Of a DNA stretch of 64,000 nucleotides, positions 19,923 to 29,667 are shown piece by piece (positions within the stretch are counted from its first letter, which is position 1; the number at the start of each line of letters is the position of its first letter). The position numbers were made by a program, and so were the translations under genes. The notes beneath the pieces are model-generated. The model did no database searches. It was not told where the DNA came from and worked only from the letters and a program-made list of their open reading frames with translations. Source of the stretch: Planctomycetota bacterium (GTDB lineage: Bacteria; Planctomycetota; Phycisphaerae; SM23-33); NCBI GenBank assembly GCA_030635145.1, contig DAOVZK010000002.1, positions 21,119-85,118 of the forward strand, given 5' to 3'.

Positions 19923-21275
19923 ATGAAAAAGAGTTATTTGATTTGTATAACGAGCATGTTTTTATTGGCTTCAATGGCTTGTGGCGAGGAAATAAAACTC
20001 ACATATGAGCTAGTCAAAACGGTAGAAAAAGGGTACCTTCAAGGCAGCCCTCCACTACCAAAAAAAACTGAAAAATCAATAACCGTTGGCTTGAATAAAA
20101 ATGCCTTATTCCTGAAAACAAACGAGACCAAAACGATTTTTGATTTTACACAAAAACGCATAACAAGATTACGATTGAAAGAGAAACGCTATGAATCTGT
20201 TCCGCTTATTTCTATCGTAGACTTCAACGTTTGTGAACTTACAAATTGCATGGCAATGAAAAAAGCAGTGGCTGCTTTTGGTTTAGAACCAGGTAAGATG
20301 TTGGACAGTCAATTTAATATGGAAAATGTTTTTTGTGTTGAGTCTCCCAATAAGGAAATTAGGGACGAGGTGGGGAAAGTAAAAAAAGTTCAAAAGGGCA
20401 AAGAAATCCTGTTTGAGTATGACGGAAAAACAATTGTCAAATTTGTGCCGTCCAGTCATTCGGTACCCAAGGACTTTAGAGCATCTTTTAGACGAATGCT
20501 GATCTATGTAATGCCCATGCACCCTCAAATAAGACATGAAATCCAACAGATTAACGTATTTCCAGAAACATTGTATGTTCGGGCCTCGCATGGAACGATA
20601 ATTGTTTCAGAATGGAAATTAAAATCCTTCTCCAAACATAATGAAAACAGTTGCGTAATACCTAAAACATTTACGCCATACATTGACAAAGACGATTCTC
20701 TAAGAAGCGTTTTGCTGATGTCTAAAAACACAAAACCTCAGAGTAAAATGCAGGTCGTGCAACTTGTGGATGAGTTTGTTGAAGATAAACAATATCTTGA
20801 CGCGATTTTAGCTATTATAGAATACGGCTTCTATGCAGACGATTTTTCTCGCGAAAAATATTCTGCTGTTTTTAAGCAAACAGAGAATGATGAACACGTC
20901 AGGCAACTCATGCAATATGTTTCGCTTTGTTCAAAAAACAAACCTTCTCCACAAGCCGCCATTAAAATTTTAGATAAACTTCGAAAGCACAAGTTGAAGA
21001 AGGGATATGTTCTCGATATATGGAAAGCGAATTGGTTGACCGACTTAAAGAAATCTGAGCAGGCCAAGCAAATATTTTTAAGTGTTCTTAAAAAAAACCC
21101 GCATTTGGTAGGAGTATATCATGATTTGGGGAATTTATATCGAAGACAATATGATATGCCGTCAGCATGGCTGTGTTGGGATATGGCTTTGCAAATCACC
21201 CCAAACCATTCGATGCTTTTTCGAATCAAAATGCTAAAAAAGAAATTGGCCGAAAATTTTCCAGACTTTTTCTAA
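19923..21275 (+). CDS. low-GC hypothetical lipoprotein with a TPR-like C-terminus, inserted between moxR and DUF58
   Basis: GC ~35% against ~58% in both neighbours. Signal peptide plus Cys (LLASMAC). The C-terminus GVYHDLGNLYRRQYDMPSAWLCWDMALQITPNHSMLF is TPR-like. No other domain recognised. Confidence 0.65.
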   Translation: MKKSYLICITSMFLLASMACGEEIKLTYELVKTVEKGYLQGSPPLPKKTEKSITVGLNKNALFLKTNETKTIFDFTQKRITRLRLKEKRYESVPLISIVDFNVCELTNCMAMKKAVAAFGLEPGKMLDSQFNMENVFCVESPNKEIRDEVGKVKKVQKGKEILFEYDGKTIVKFVPSSHSVPKDFRASFRRMLIYVMPMHPQIRHEIQQINVFPETLYVRASHGTIIVSEWKLKSFSKHNENSCVIPKTFTPYIDKDDSLRSVLLMSKNTKPQSKMQVVQLVDEFVEDKQYLDAILAIIEYGFYADDFSREKYSAVFKQTENDEHVRQLMQYVSLCSKNKPSPQAAIKILDKLRKHKLKKGYVLDIWKANWLTDLKKSEQAKQIFLSVLKKNPHLVGVYHDLGNLYRRQYDMPSAWLCWDMALQITPNHSMLFRIKMLKKKLAENFPDFF

Positions 21276-21301
21276 CAACAAACTATTAGTCAAACATAAA
21301 T

Positions 21302-22252
21302 ATGCCAAAAACAAAAAACGAACTGCTGGAATTTCTCGACCCGAAAGTCTTAAGCAAGATTTCGCGTTTGGATCTTCGCGCGCGATCCGTGGTAGAAGGA
21401 TTCGTCAGCGGAATGCATCGCAGCCCGTTTAATGGGTTCTCCGTCGAATTTGCCGCCCACCGCGAGTACGTTCCCGGTGATGACATCAAACACATCGACT
21501 GGAAAGTTCAGGCCCGCACCGACCGCTTCTACATAAAGCAGTACGAGGAAGAAACCAACCTCAAGGCAACGTTTTTGCTGGACGCATCGGAATCGATGCA
21601 CTACCCGGCGAAAAAACCGGGGCTTCCCAAGGCTGGGCGACTGACGAAATACGAATACGCCGCCACTACAGCGGCAAGCTTGGCGTTTATGCTGCAACAA
21701 CAGCAGGACAGCGTGGGGCTTGGGATTTTCGACGAGGATTTGAAAACATACCTACCGGCCGCTGGGCATATGTCGCAAATAAAAGCGATGGTACACGCTA
21801 TGAGCATCACCGAAGCCAAGGGTAAAACCTCGCTCGAAGATATCTGCCACACCGTCGCCGAAAAAATCTCACGCCGCGGATTAGTCTGCATCATCAGCGA
21901 CTTATTCGTCGACATCGACGGACTAATGCGAGCTTTGGAACATTTCCGCCACTACGAACACGAAGTGCTGGTCATGCACATCATGGACAGTGACGAACTG
22001 GAGTTCGACTTTCAGGGCACGACGCAATTTCGCGGGCTTGAGGCGATGGGCAACCTCACGGTTCAGCCTCGCGCGCTACGCGACGCATACCTGCGGGAAG
22101 TCGAAGAATTTCACCACCAACTCCGCAGCAAATGCGCAGCTGGACGGATCGACTACAAACTAATTTCGACCGGCGACCACCTCGACGCAGCCTTGTGTTC
22201 ATTCTTAGCAGCCAGGGCGGCGGCGGTTCGCAAAGCCTCAGCGAAACGATAA
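21302..22252 (+). CDS. DUF58 protein (MoxR-associated vWA-like)
   Basis: GMHRSPFNGFSVEFAAHREYVPGDDIKHIDWKVQARTDRFYIKQY is the DUF58 signature segment. Confidence 0.85.
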   Translation: MPKTKNELLEFLDPKVLSKISRLDLRARSVVEGFVSGMHRSPFNGFSVEFAAHREYVPGDDIKHIDWKVQARTDRFYIKQYEEETNLKATFLLDASESMHYPAKKPGLPKAGRLTKYEYAATTAASLAFMLQQQQDSVGLGIFDEDLKTYLPAAGHMSQIKAMVHAMSITEAKGKTSLEDICHTVAEKISRRGLVCIISDLFVDIDGLMRALEHFRHYEHEVLVMHIMDSDELEFDFQGTTQFRGLEAMGNLTVQPRALRDAYLREVEEFHHQLRSKCAAGRIDYKLISTGDHLDAALCSFLAARAAAVRKASAKR

Positions 22253-22341
22253 TTTTTAAATAACGTCCTTACAAACTGCATACGACTGGAATAATTTTCA
22301 CTAACGACTTTACAATGACAAGTAACTGGAATAAATAACGA

Positions 22342-24648
22342 ATGCCATTTTTGCATCCTTTAATATTTTGGATGGGCCTCGGGGCCGTCTCGATCCCGAT
22401 TATCATCTACATACTCAATCGCCGGCGATTCAAGATGATCGACTGGGCAGCGATGAGGTTTCTGCTCGACGCGCTTCGCAAAAATCGGCGACGCCTGCGA
22501 TTAGAAGAACTCATCCTGCTGCTGATCCGCTGCTTGATCGTTATGCTGCTGGGGTTGGGGTTGTCGCGATTTATCGGATGCGGGGACGACGACTCGCTCG
22601 GAAACGGCAACGGTGGGCGGTCGGTTGTGTTCGTGCTGGACGACAGCATTTCCATGGGCCAAAAACGTGGTGGTAGCGCAACAGCCTTCACCCTCGCCAG
22701 AAAAGACCTCGCCGACCGCATCGCAAAACTTTCCAGCAAAGACCACGCCGCCATCATCCTGACGTCTCGCCCGTCGGCGGGCGATGCGTTTTTACGGATG
22801 GGTCCCGTCGGTGACCCGCAAGGCCTGGCCAGCAGAATTAAAACTCTCGAACCTCGCGACACCCGCACGCATCTTGCAGAAGCGATGGCCGCAGCAAACG
22901 AGCTGCTCCGCGACACTGACGGAAAAAAGCATTTGTATATCCTGAGCGACTTCCGAAAAATCGACATTACCGGCGCAGCTGCGACGGGGCCGCTGCAAAA
23001 AGCGTTCGCCAATTTAGGAAACAGCAGCGTAAAAACGCTCGTGATGAATTTCGGCTTGGATTCCAAGCGAAACCTTACTGTAGAGTCGCTTGAACTAAAC
23101 GGAAAGTTCGCGACGGCTCGGGGAGAATCGCGAATTACCGTCAGTGTTCGCAACAACGGTTCGATGCGCGTGGAAAACGTACCCGTGAGCATTTGGGTTT
23201 CACTGCCAAACGGCGAAAAGCTTCGCAACGTCAAACTCCCAGAGATGACGATAAAGTCTCTCGATCCCGAAAAAATATGGAAGAAGGACATCTTCTTCAC
23301 GCCCGAAAAACCGGGCTTCGCCGTCATCAACGCCACCCTCCCAGCCGACGATTTACCGGGCGACAATTCCGGTTGGTTGTCGCTGGACGTGCAAAAAGCA
23401 ACGAAGGTGCTGCTCGTCGACGGGCACCCGAATATGGAGATCCCGGAAGAATCCGAGTCGTATTTCTTGCGGTTAGCGTTAGACCCGACCGGCCGGGCCG
23501 ATCACGGATACGATGTGGAAGTAATCAAACGCAACGACCTACCGGCCACGCGGTTTGAGAATTACGACGCGGTGTTTTTGCTGAACGTATCGGGTTTTCC
23601 GCTCGACCCGCAACCCGTGATAACGCCCGACAAAAAAGAAACCATCGAAAATTATCCGTCGCTGCTGGGGCTTGAGCAATACGTCTCCGCCGGTGGTGGG
23701 TTGGTGATTTTCACGGGCGACAGAATTGACACGAATTTTTATAACGGCCGACTGTTTAAGAAAGGTCGCGGGCTAAACCCCTTGCCGCTACGGGCCAAAG
23801 TCGGCGACCCGGAAAATCGTGACGTATACTTCGAGTTCGCCCCCGGAAGCATTCGCCCCGACGGTGTGATGCAGTTTTTCTCCGGCGAGGCATCGGTACT
23901 TGTTAAGCTGATTCGCTTTTTCGCATTCAACCCCGCCGACGTCAGCGGAAAGGTGCTGTCAGGCAGCGGCGACGAAATCGCATCGCCGATAATCGAAGCA
24001 ACGTACAACGATCCGAATTCGAGCCCCGCGGTTATCTCGCGGCGATTCGGAAAAGGCAGAGTCGTGATGTTCACCACAACATCCTCGCTCGACTGGAACG
24101 ACTGGGCGATGGACTCTGTCGATCAGGTGCGTGGTTTGTACGTGCTGTACATGGCCGAACTCGTCGATCGCGTGGCACGCAAAAAGGCCAACGCCTTCAC
24201 CGCCGACGTCGAACAAAGCATCACCTACCCAATCTCCGACGACCTCCGCGACACAAAGGTAACAATTCGCAACACGGAAACCGGCAGCGACATAACCACG
24301 CTTGTTCCGCAGGCAGGCCCCGCGGGCCAGCAGGTAACGCACAACAAAATTCTCGACGCCGGAATATATCGACTGATTTTCAGGTCGCCCGACTCGTCCA
24401 CAAGCGAGAAACTCTTCGCCCGAAATCCCGACGGGCTAGAAGGCCTACTGGACGTCGGCGACAAGAAAAATATCTCAGCCGCCCTTGGCAGCAGCGATTA
24501 CTCGTACATTGACAGATCGAAAATCCAGGCCGGTAGCAAACGTGACCGGCTTGGCGACAAGCAGTATTGGGTGTGGATCATTATTGGGCTTTGCGTTTTG
24601 CTGGGCGTGGAAACTTTCCTGGCACAACGCTTCGGGCATTGGAAATAG
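22342..24648 (+). CDS. BatA-like protein: N-terminal double-TM anchor (aerotolerance-regulator N-terminal domain) plus vWA plus large extension, C-terminal TM
   Basis: MPFLHPLIFWMGLGAVSIPIIIYILNRRRFKMIDWAAMRFLL...RRRLRLEELILLLIRCLIVMLLGLGLSRF matches the BatA double-TM domain, then VVFVLDDSISMG (vWA MIDAS-like). The C-terminus YWVWIIIGLCVLLGV is a TM helix. Confidence 0.8.
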   Translation: MPFLHPLIFWMGLGAVSIPIIIYILNRRRFKMIDWAAMRFLLDALRKNRRRLRLEELILLLIRCLIVMLLGLGLSRFIGCGDDDSLGNGNGGRSVVFVLDDSISMGQKRGGSATAFTLARKDLADRIAKLSSKDHAAIILTSRPSAGDAFLRMGPVGDPQGLASRIKTLEPRDTRTHLAEAMAAANELLRDTDGKKHLYILSDFRKIDITGAAATGPLQKAFANLGNSSVKTLVMNFGLDSKRNLTVESLELNGKFATARGESRITVSVRNNGSMRVENVPVSIWVSLPNGEKLRNVKLPEMTIKSLDPEKIWKKDIFFTPEKPGFAVINATLPADDLPGDNSGWLSLDVQKATKVLLVDGHPNMEIPEESESYFLRLALDPTGRADHGYDVEVIKRNDLPATRFENYDAVFLLNVSGFPLDPQPVITPDKKETIENYPSLLGLEQYVSAGGGLVIFTGDRIDTNFYNGRLFKKGRGLNPLPLRAKVGDPENRDVYFEFAPGSIRPDGVMQFFSGEASVLVKLIRFFAFNPADVSGKVLSGSGDEIASPIIEATYNDPNSSPAVISRRFGKGRVVMFTTTSSLDWNDWAMDSVDQVRGLYVLYMAELVDRVARKKANAFTADVEQSITYPISDDLRDTKVTIRNTETGSDITTLVPQAGPAGQQVTHNKILDAGIYRLIFRSPDSSTSEKLFARNPDGLEGLLDVGDKKNISAALGSSDYSYIDRSKIQAGSKRDRLGDKQYWVWIIIGLCVLLGVETFLAQRFGHWK

Positions 24649-24666
24649 AAATGGTAAATAGCACAC

Positions 24667-27342
24667 ATGGGTAGCATACTGGAATGGATTTTGAATCTCC
24701 CCTCGGGCAAGCTGGGTGGTGGTGATTGGCGGTTCGCGCTGACGTCGGAGCTCGGCAACTACGTCAAGCTCAGTCTGTTCGCAGCGGCCGTCGGGCTTAT
24801 CTGGTTAACCGTGCATTGCTACCGCCGCGAAGGCCTCGGTTCGCGCCGCACGAAAATCGTCCTCGCCGCCATTCGCATCACCGTAATTCTGCTGGTGCTC
24901 GGAATCCTGCTGCAACCGGCCGTCGTCCTGAAAATTTCGCAAACGCTCTACAGCACCGTGCTGGTAATTACCGACAACTCCCGCTCGATGTCCTTTAAAG
25001 ACCGCTACGCCTCGCCGGAAGAATCGGCCAATCGCGCCGCGCTTTGCAAATCGCTTGACGTCTCGCCGCAACAGCTCGCAGAAATGTCGCGATTGGATAT
25101 CATCAGGGCACAGCTGCAAAAATCGGGTTCGGTGCTGGGCGGGCTTAGCGAAGATCACCCGATCGAGATCATTTCGTTTTCGACCAACGCCCCGGACAAA
25201 GACCCGTACACCAGCGTGATCGATTCACTCGCTCGCGGTTCGGTCGCAAAAAACACCGACGACGCCAATGTACAAAAAACCCTCGCCTTGCTGCAGGGTA
25301 ACGGTTACGAAACAAACCTCGCGGCGGCGATTCGCGATTCGCTCGATCGTTTTCAAGGCAGGCGGTTGGGGGGAATCGTGATTCTTAGCGACGGGCAACC
25401 CGCCGGCAACGCCGCCGACCCCGACGAACGCCTCGCAGCTGCCATCGAATACGCCAAGCAGCGATCCGTTCCGCGATACGCCGTGCTGGTCGGGGATCCA
25501 ACCCCACCGCGAAACCTCAGCGTTTTGGCGCTGCGTACGCCGCGCGAAATTCGCACAAAAGTTCGCACCACCTTCACCGTCATGCTTGGGCATCGCAATA
25601 TGGAAAACAAAACGGTCGACGTCCGCATTTATCGGCGCAAGGCTGAGGAGCGTTGGCCGACCGATTTCGCAAAGCGAAAACCAATCGCGTCGCAAACCGT
25701 TAAACTCATCGACCCCAAAACCCAGGCCCCCGGAGACTCGCCCGGTGTGCAATCGGTGAAAATCAACCTCAAACCCACGAAGGACGACCTTGGGGAATAC
25801 GTCTACCGCGCGATGGTCGTAAAGCAAGACGACGAGCGAACCGGCGAAGACAACCACGCCGACGCGGTCGTGAAATTAACCGACAACAAGATTCGTATCC
25901 TGCTGGTCAGCGGTGACGCCGGGTGGGAATTCCAGTACATTCGCAACTATTTTCTGCGGCAGCCCGACCTGTACCGCCTGAGCGTCTGGCAGCAAAATGC
26001 CGACGCGGAAATCAACCAGTCCGCCTCTACGGGAATGAAACTCACGCGGCTGCCAAAGTCGCTCAAGGAACTCATCGACACCAGCAAAGACGGCGACGAG
26101 TCCACCACTCGGCCGACAACAAAACCTACCGCAACCACCAAACCGTCATCCACATCAAAACCCACAACCACCAGTGTAACCGGCAAAGATGAAACCATCC
26201 CGCCCGGTTACGATGTGGTTATCCTCTACGACCCAAGCCCCACGAAGGACGGGTTCGACAAAAACTTCATCAAGCTGCTGCACGAATACGTTACCGTTCA
26301 TCGCGGTGGGCTTTGCTACATTGCCTCCAACAAGCACACGTTCGACGTGCTGCGCGACCCCGCCGCCAAGGGGCTTTCCGACCTGCTGCCGGTTGTCGTC
26401 GCACGAAACGACATCGACGTGGCACGCATAATTCGTGAAAGCCAACCGAAGGGATGGCCGGTAAAACTCACCAGCTACGGATACAACCATCCGCTGACAT
26501 CGCTCGGGGGTTCCGACGACCGCAACAAGCGAATCTGGTCGCTATTACCGGGGATCTACTGGTCGCATGCCGTGGCCCGAAAAAAACCGCTCGCCCGCGT
26601 GCTGGTTGAGCATTCGGACCCGAACAAAAAAATGAAGTCGCAGCACGGAAGCGTTCCGTTGGTTGCGGTGCACTCGGCGGGGTCGGGGAGGGTTGCGTAT
26701 GTGGGTTTTGACGAAACGTGGCGGTGGCGGTTCGTGGACGACGGATTTTATCATCGCCGGTTCTGGGGGAACATGGCGCGATATTTGGCACCGTCGAGTC
26801 CGCGGCAGGTAATCATCGCGACGGGCGGGGATAAGTTCTCGGCCGGTGCGCGAATCCCCGTCGAAATCGAAGCCTACGATCGCGACTACCGACCGCTGGA
26901 CGATAAGACTTTCACGATAGTGATGATCGACACGAAAACTGGCAAGAAAACGCAGCACATCGCCAAAAACGTCGCCGGCAAGCCCGGCCGCTACAAAACG
27001 TCCATCCTCGCGGCCCACACCGGATCGTACACGATTACCTGCGACAAAAAAATCGCCGACAGCAAACGCGTAGCCTCTAAGCAGATCGAAATTACGCTAC
27101 CGCAGGCAGAGTCGAAACGCACCGAGGCAAACGAGCGAACGATGCAAACCATCGCATCGAAAAAAACTCACTATCTACCCGTAAGCAAAATCGATCAGCT
27201 CGCAGAGCTTATCCCGGCCGGTCGGCTGCAAACGGTCGAAGACGAAAAATACACCCTCTGGGATACCAGCACAATGCTGTGGATAATTATCGCACTGCTG
27301 AGTATCGAATGGTTCCTGCGTAAAAGAAAGAACATGGCGTGA
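24667..27342 (+). CDS. double-TM-anchored vWA-like protein (BatB-like) with a Pro/Thr-rich linker and a C-terminal TM
   Basis: N-terminal TM hairpin, VLVITDNSRSM vWA-like start, the linker TTRPTTKPTATTKPSSTSKPTTTS (26101-26170), C-terminal MLWIIIALLSIEWFLRKRK. Confidence 0.7.
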   Translation: MGSILEWILNLPSGKLGGGDWRFALTSELGNYVKLSLFAAAVGLIWLTVHCYRREGLGSRRTKIVLAAIRITVILLVLGILLQPAVVLKISQTLYSTVLVITDNSRSMSFKDRYASPEESANRAALCKSLDVSPQQLAEMSRLDIIRAQLQKSGSVLGGLSEDHPIEIISFSTNAPDKDPYTSVIDSLARGSVAKNTDDANVQKTLALLQGNGYETNLAAAIRDSLDRFQGRRLGGIVILSDGQPAGNAADPDERLAAAIEYAKQRSVPRYAVLVGDPTPPRNLSVLALRTPREIRTKVRTTFTVMLGHRNMENKTVDVRIYRRKAEERWPTDFAKRKPIASQTVKLIDPKTQAPGDSPGVQSVKINLKPTKDDLGEYVYRAMVVKQDDERTGEDNHADAVVKLTDNKIRILLVSGDAGWEFQYIRNYFLRQPDLYRLSVWQQNADAEINQSASTGMKLTRLPKSLKELIDTSKDGDESTTRPTTKPTATTKPSSTSKPTTTSVTGKDETIPPGYDVVILYDPSPTKDGFDKNFIKLLHEYVTVHRGGLCYIASNKHTFDVLRDPAAKGLSDLLPVVVARNDIDVARIIRESQPKGWPVKLTSYGYNHPLTSLGGSDDRNKRIWSLLPGIYWSHAVARKKPLARVLVEHSDPNKKMKSQHGSVPLVAVHSAGSGRVAYVGFDETWRWRFVDDGFYHRRFWGNMARYLAPSSPRQVIIATGGDKFSAGARIPVEIEAYDRDYRPLDDKTFTIVMIDTKTGKKTQHIAKNVAGKPGRYKTSILAAHTGSYTITCDKKIADSKRVASKQIEITLPQAESKRTEANERTMQTIASKKTHYLPVSKIDQLAELIPAGRLQTVEDEKYTLWDTSTMLWIIIALLSIEWFLRKRKNMA

Positions 27343-29639
27343 GTGATCAATTGTTACAATCCTGTGTACTGGGAAAATTGCGGTCGCTGCGAATGCTACT
27401 GCGCGGGCGACTGCTGCTCGAGGGAGTTGGATGGTTTGTCCTGGGGATTATCGCCTTGATACTCGTGACGCTGGCGTTCGACTACACGCTGCATCTCAAC
27501 CGCGAACAACGAATCATGATCACCGCCTTGTGCTGCGTGGGAATTCTTGTGATTGTTTGGAAAACGCTCCTCGCCCCGCAAACCGTTGCCATGAAAAACT
27601 CCGACCTTGCCCTGCTCGTCGAGCGGCATTACGGACAGCTGGACGACAGACTTATCAGTACACTGGAGCTAACCGACCGAGAAATGATCATCGCCTGCGG
27701 GGCAAGCGAAGAAATGGTCGCCCAGATGTCGCGCGAGGCGAACGACATTGCATCGCAGCTGAAATTTTCAAAGATCGTGGAAATGCGGCGAATGGGAAAA
27801 GTGTGGATTCTCACGGGAATTGCACTGCTGATGATGGGAAGTTTCACGGTTCTTAAAAGCGATGTCATGTCGCTATGGTTTCAGCGAAACGTACTCATGT
27901 CCAATATCGATTGGCCGCAAGACACGTACCTGTGCGTGTACTACGTTAACTACGACGGGCAGCTGGCACCGCTGATGGAAGTGGCACCCGACGGAACCAT
28001 CACCAATACCGTCGACAAATTCGACGTGCTGCGCGGTGAGGACATGAAAATCGTCACCATTACCACGGACGGGAGTGAAACGCCCGATCAGGTAAAGCTG
28101 CACGCGTGGTACCCTTCGGTGGGTGATACCGAAGGATTGGCGGGCAAACTTTCGGGTCAACAGGCTACGAAATATCTTGCGAAGCTTCCGGGCCAGAGTT
28201 CTCGCGGAGTATACGTGCAGAAAATTTCTGGCGTGTCGGAGGAGTTTCGATTTTACGTTACCGGCGGCGACGACAAACGCGATAAACGTAATCCTCACAA
28301 CGTCTGCCTCGTCGATCCACCAGCCGTCAAGCAAATACTGTTTCCCGTGGAATTCCCCGCGTACATGCGAAAAACACAATCCGAACCCGTCGACGGATCG
28401 CGCGGTGTGCTTTCCATTCCGCTGGGGTCAACCGTATACATTCAGGCAATGGTGAACAAAGACCTGATGTCCGGCGAGCTGATCGTAAATGAAAAATCGG
28501 CGAGCAAGCTCGAAATACTCAACGATTCCAAAAACCGCCCGCGCGAGTTGCGAGGGTCGTTCACCGTAGACGGAAAAAACGTACCACGCAGCGACACGCT
28601 GAGATTCACCCTCAAAGACACCAGCGGATATTCCAATCGCCGCGGAGAGCAAATTATTCTGCAGGTTATCCCCGACGCTGCACCGAGCATAAAGCTACAA
28701 TTTCGCGGAGTGCGAAATGTCATTTGCCCGACGGCAATGATTCCGCTGATCGTATCCGGGAAGGATGACAACGGCATTGAGCGGATTGATGTTTCTTACA
28801 TCTGCACACCCCCGGAAAAAGAATCCGCCGACGCACCGGCCTCGCCAACCCGTCGGGCCCTTGAGCCGATCTTAAGCGGGCCTGAAATCAAAAAGCAGTT
28901 GGTTGCAAATCGCACGCTGGACATTCAGCCGCTGAAGCTCATCCCCGGTTCGAAGGTGCGAGTAAAAGCCCGCGGGCTTGATCTGCTACCGAAAAATCTG
29001 CAGGGCCCGAATGCGGCAGATTCCAACGAACTGACGTTTAGTGTGATTACGACCGAAGAGCTTCTCGCTCAGCTCGTGGGCAAGCAGAAAGAAGTTCAGC
29101 TGGAATTCTTCATGGCGATGGGGCAGCAGGCGCTTTCGCAAGGCCGATGCGATGCCGTCAGCAAACAGCTGGCCAGCGGTAAGATCGGCCCCACCGTTCC
29201 ACAGCGTCTCACCGACGCCATCGGCCGACAACTTGCCGTCACGAACGAATCAATCAAAGCCGCCGACACCCTCCACGCCGTCGCCGACGAAATGGAATTC
29301 AACCGCATAGGAAAACCGCAAGACCATCAGGCGATACGCACGAATATCGTGCTACCGTTGCGGCATCTGGTGACCCAAATGCGTGAAGTGTTGCAGCAAC
29401 TCCAAGCTGCCAGCAAAATAAATGACCCCGCGCAGCTGCGGGAAAAACTCGAGAAAATTGTCGCAGAGCAAACTGTGATTTATGAGGAAATGGAAAAAAT
29501 TCTCAAGCATATGCGAAAGCTGGAGAATCGGTTGGAGATAGCACGGCGGTTAGAACAAATTTTGATAATGTCACGCGAACTTGAGGAGATTCTCAGGCAA
29601 CGGGCAGACGAAAGTACATCCGAAACGTTTGAAGACTAA
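27339..29639 (+). CDS. double-TM-anchored large extracytoplasmic protein (third consecutive double-TM protein of the cluster)
   Basis: GTG start overlapping the previous stop (GTGA). N-terminal hairpin FVLGIIALILVTLAFDY...IMITALCCVGILVIVW and a helical C-terminal region. Confidence 0.65.
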   Translation: MSDQLLQSCVLGKLRSLRMLLRGRLLLEGVGWFVLGIIALILVTLAFDYTLHLNREQRIMITALCCVGILVIVWKTLLAPQTVAMKNSDLALLVERHYGQLDDRLISTLELTDREMIIACGASEEMVAQMSREANDIASQLKFSKIVEMRRMGKVWILTGIALLMMGSFTVLKSDVMSLWFQRNVLMSNIDWPQDTYLCVYYVNYDGQLAPLMEVAPDGTITNTVDKFDVLRGEDMKIVTITTDGSETPDQVKLHAWYPSVGDTEGLAGKLSGQQATKYLAKLPGQSSRGVYVQKISGVSEEFRFYVTGGDDKRDKRNPHNVCLVDPPAVKQILFPVEFPAYMRKTQSEPVDGSRGVLSIPLGSTVYIQAMVNKDLMSGELIVNEKSASKLEILNDSKNRPRELRGSFTVDGKNVPRSDTLRFTLKDTSGYSNRRGEQIILQVIPDAAPSIKLQFRGVRNVICPTAMIPLIVSGKDDNGIERIDVSYICTPPEKESADAPASPTRRALEPILSGPEIKKQLVANRTLDIQPLKLIPGSKVRVKARGLDLLPKNLQGPNAADSNELTFSVITTEELLAQLVGKQKEVQLEFFMAMGQQALSQGRCDAVSKQLASGKIGPTVPQRLTDAIGRQLAVTNESIKAADTLHAVADEMEFNRIGKPQDHQAIRTNIVLPLRHLVTQMREVLQQLQAASKINDPAQLREKLEKIVAEQTVIYEEMEKILKHMRKLENRLEIARRLEQILIMSRELEEILRQRADESTSETFED

Positions 29640-29667
29640 ACTAAAAAGTTTGCAACAGGAAATTAAA

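Noticed and set aside
29581-29667. Upstream extension of the coiled-coil gene (ORF track 29581)
   Set aside because: It overlaps the preceding gene by 59 nt with a non-ATG start. ATG 29668 has an AGGAAA RBS and yields a clean signal peptide.
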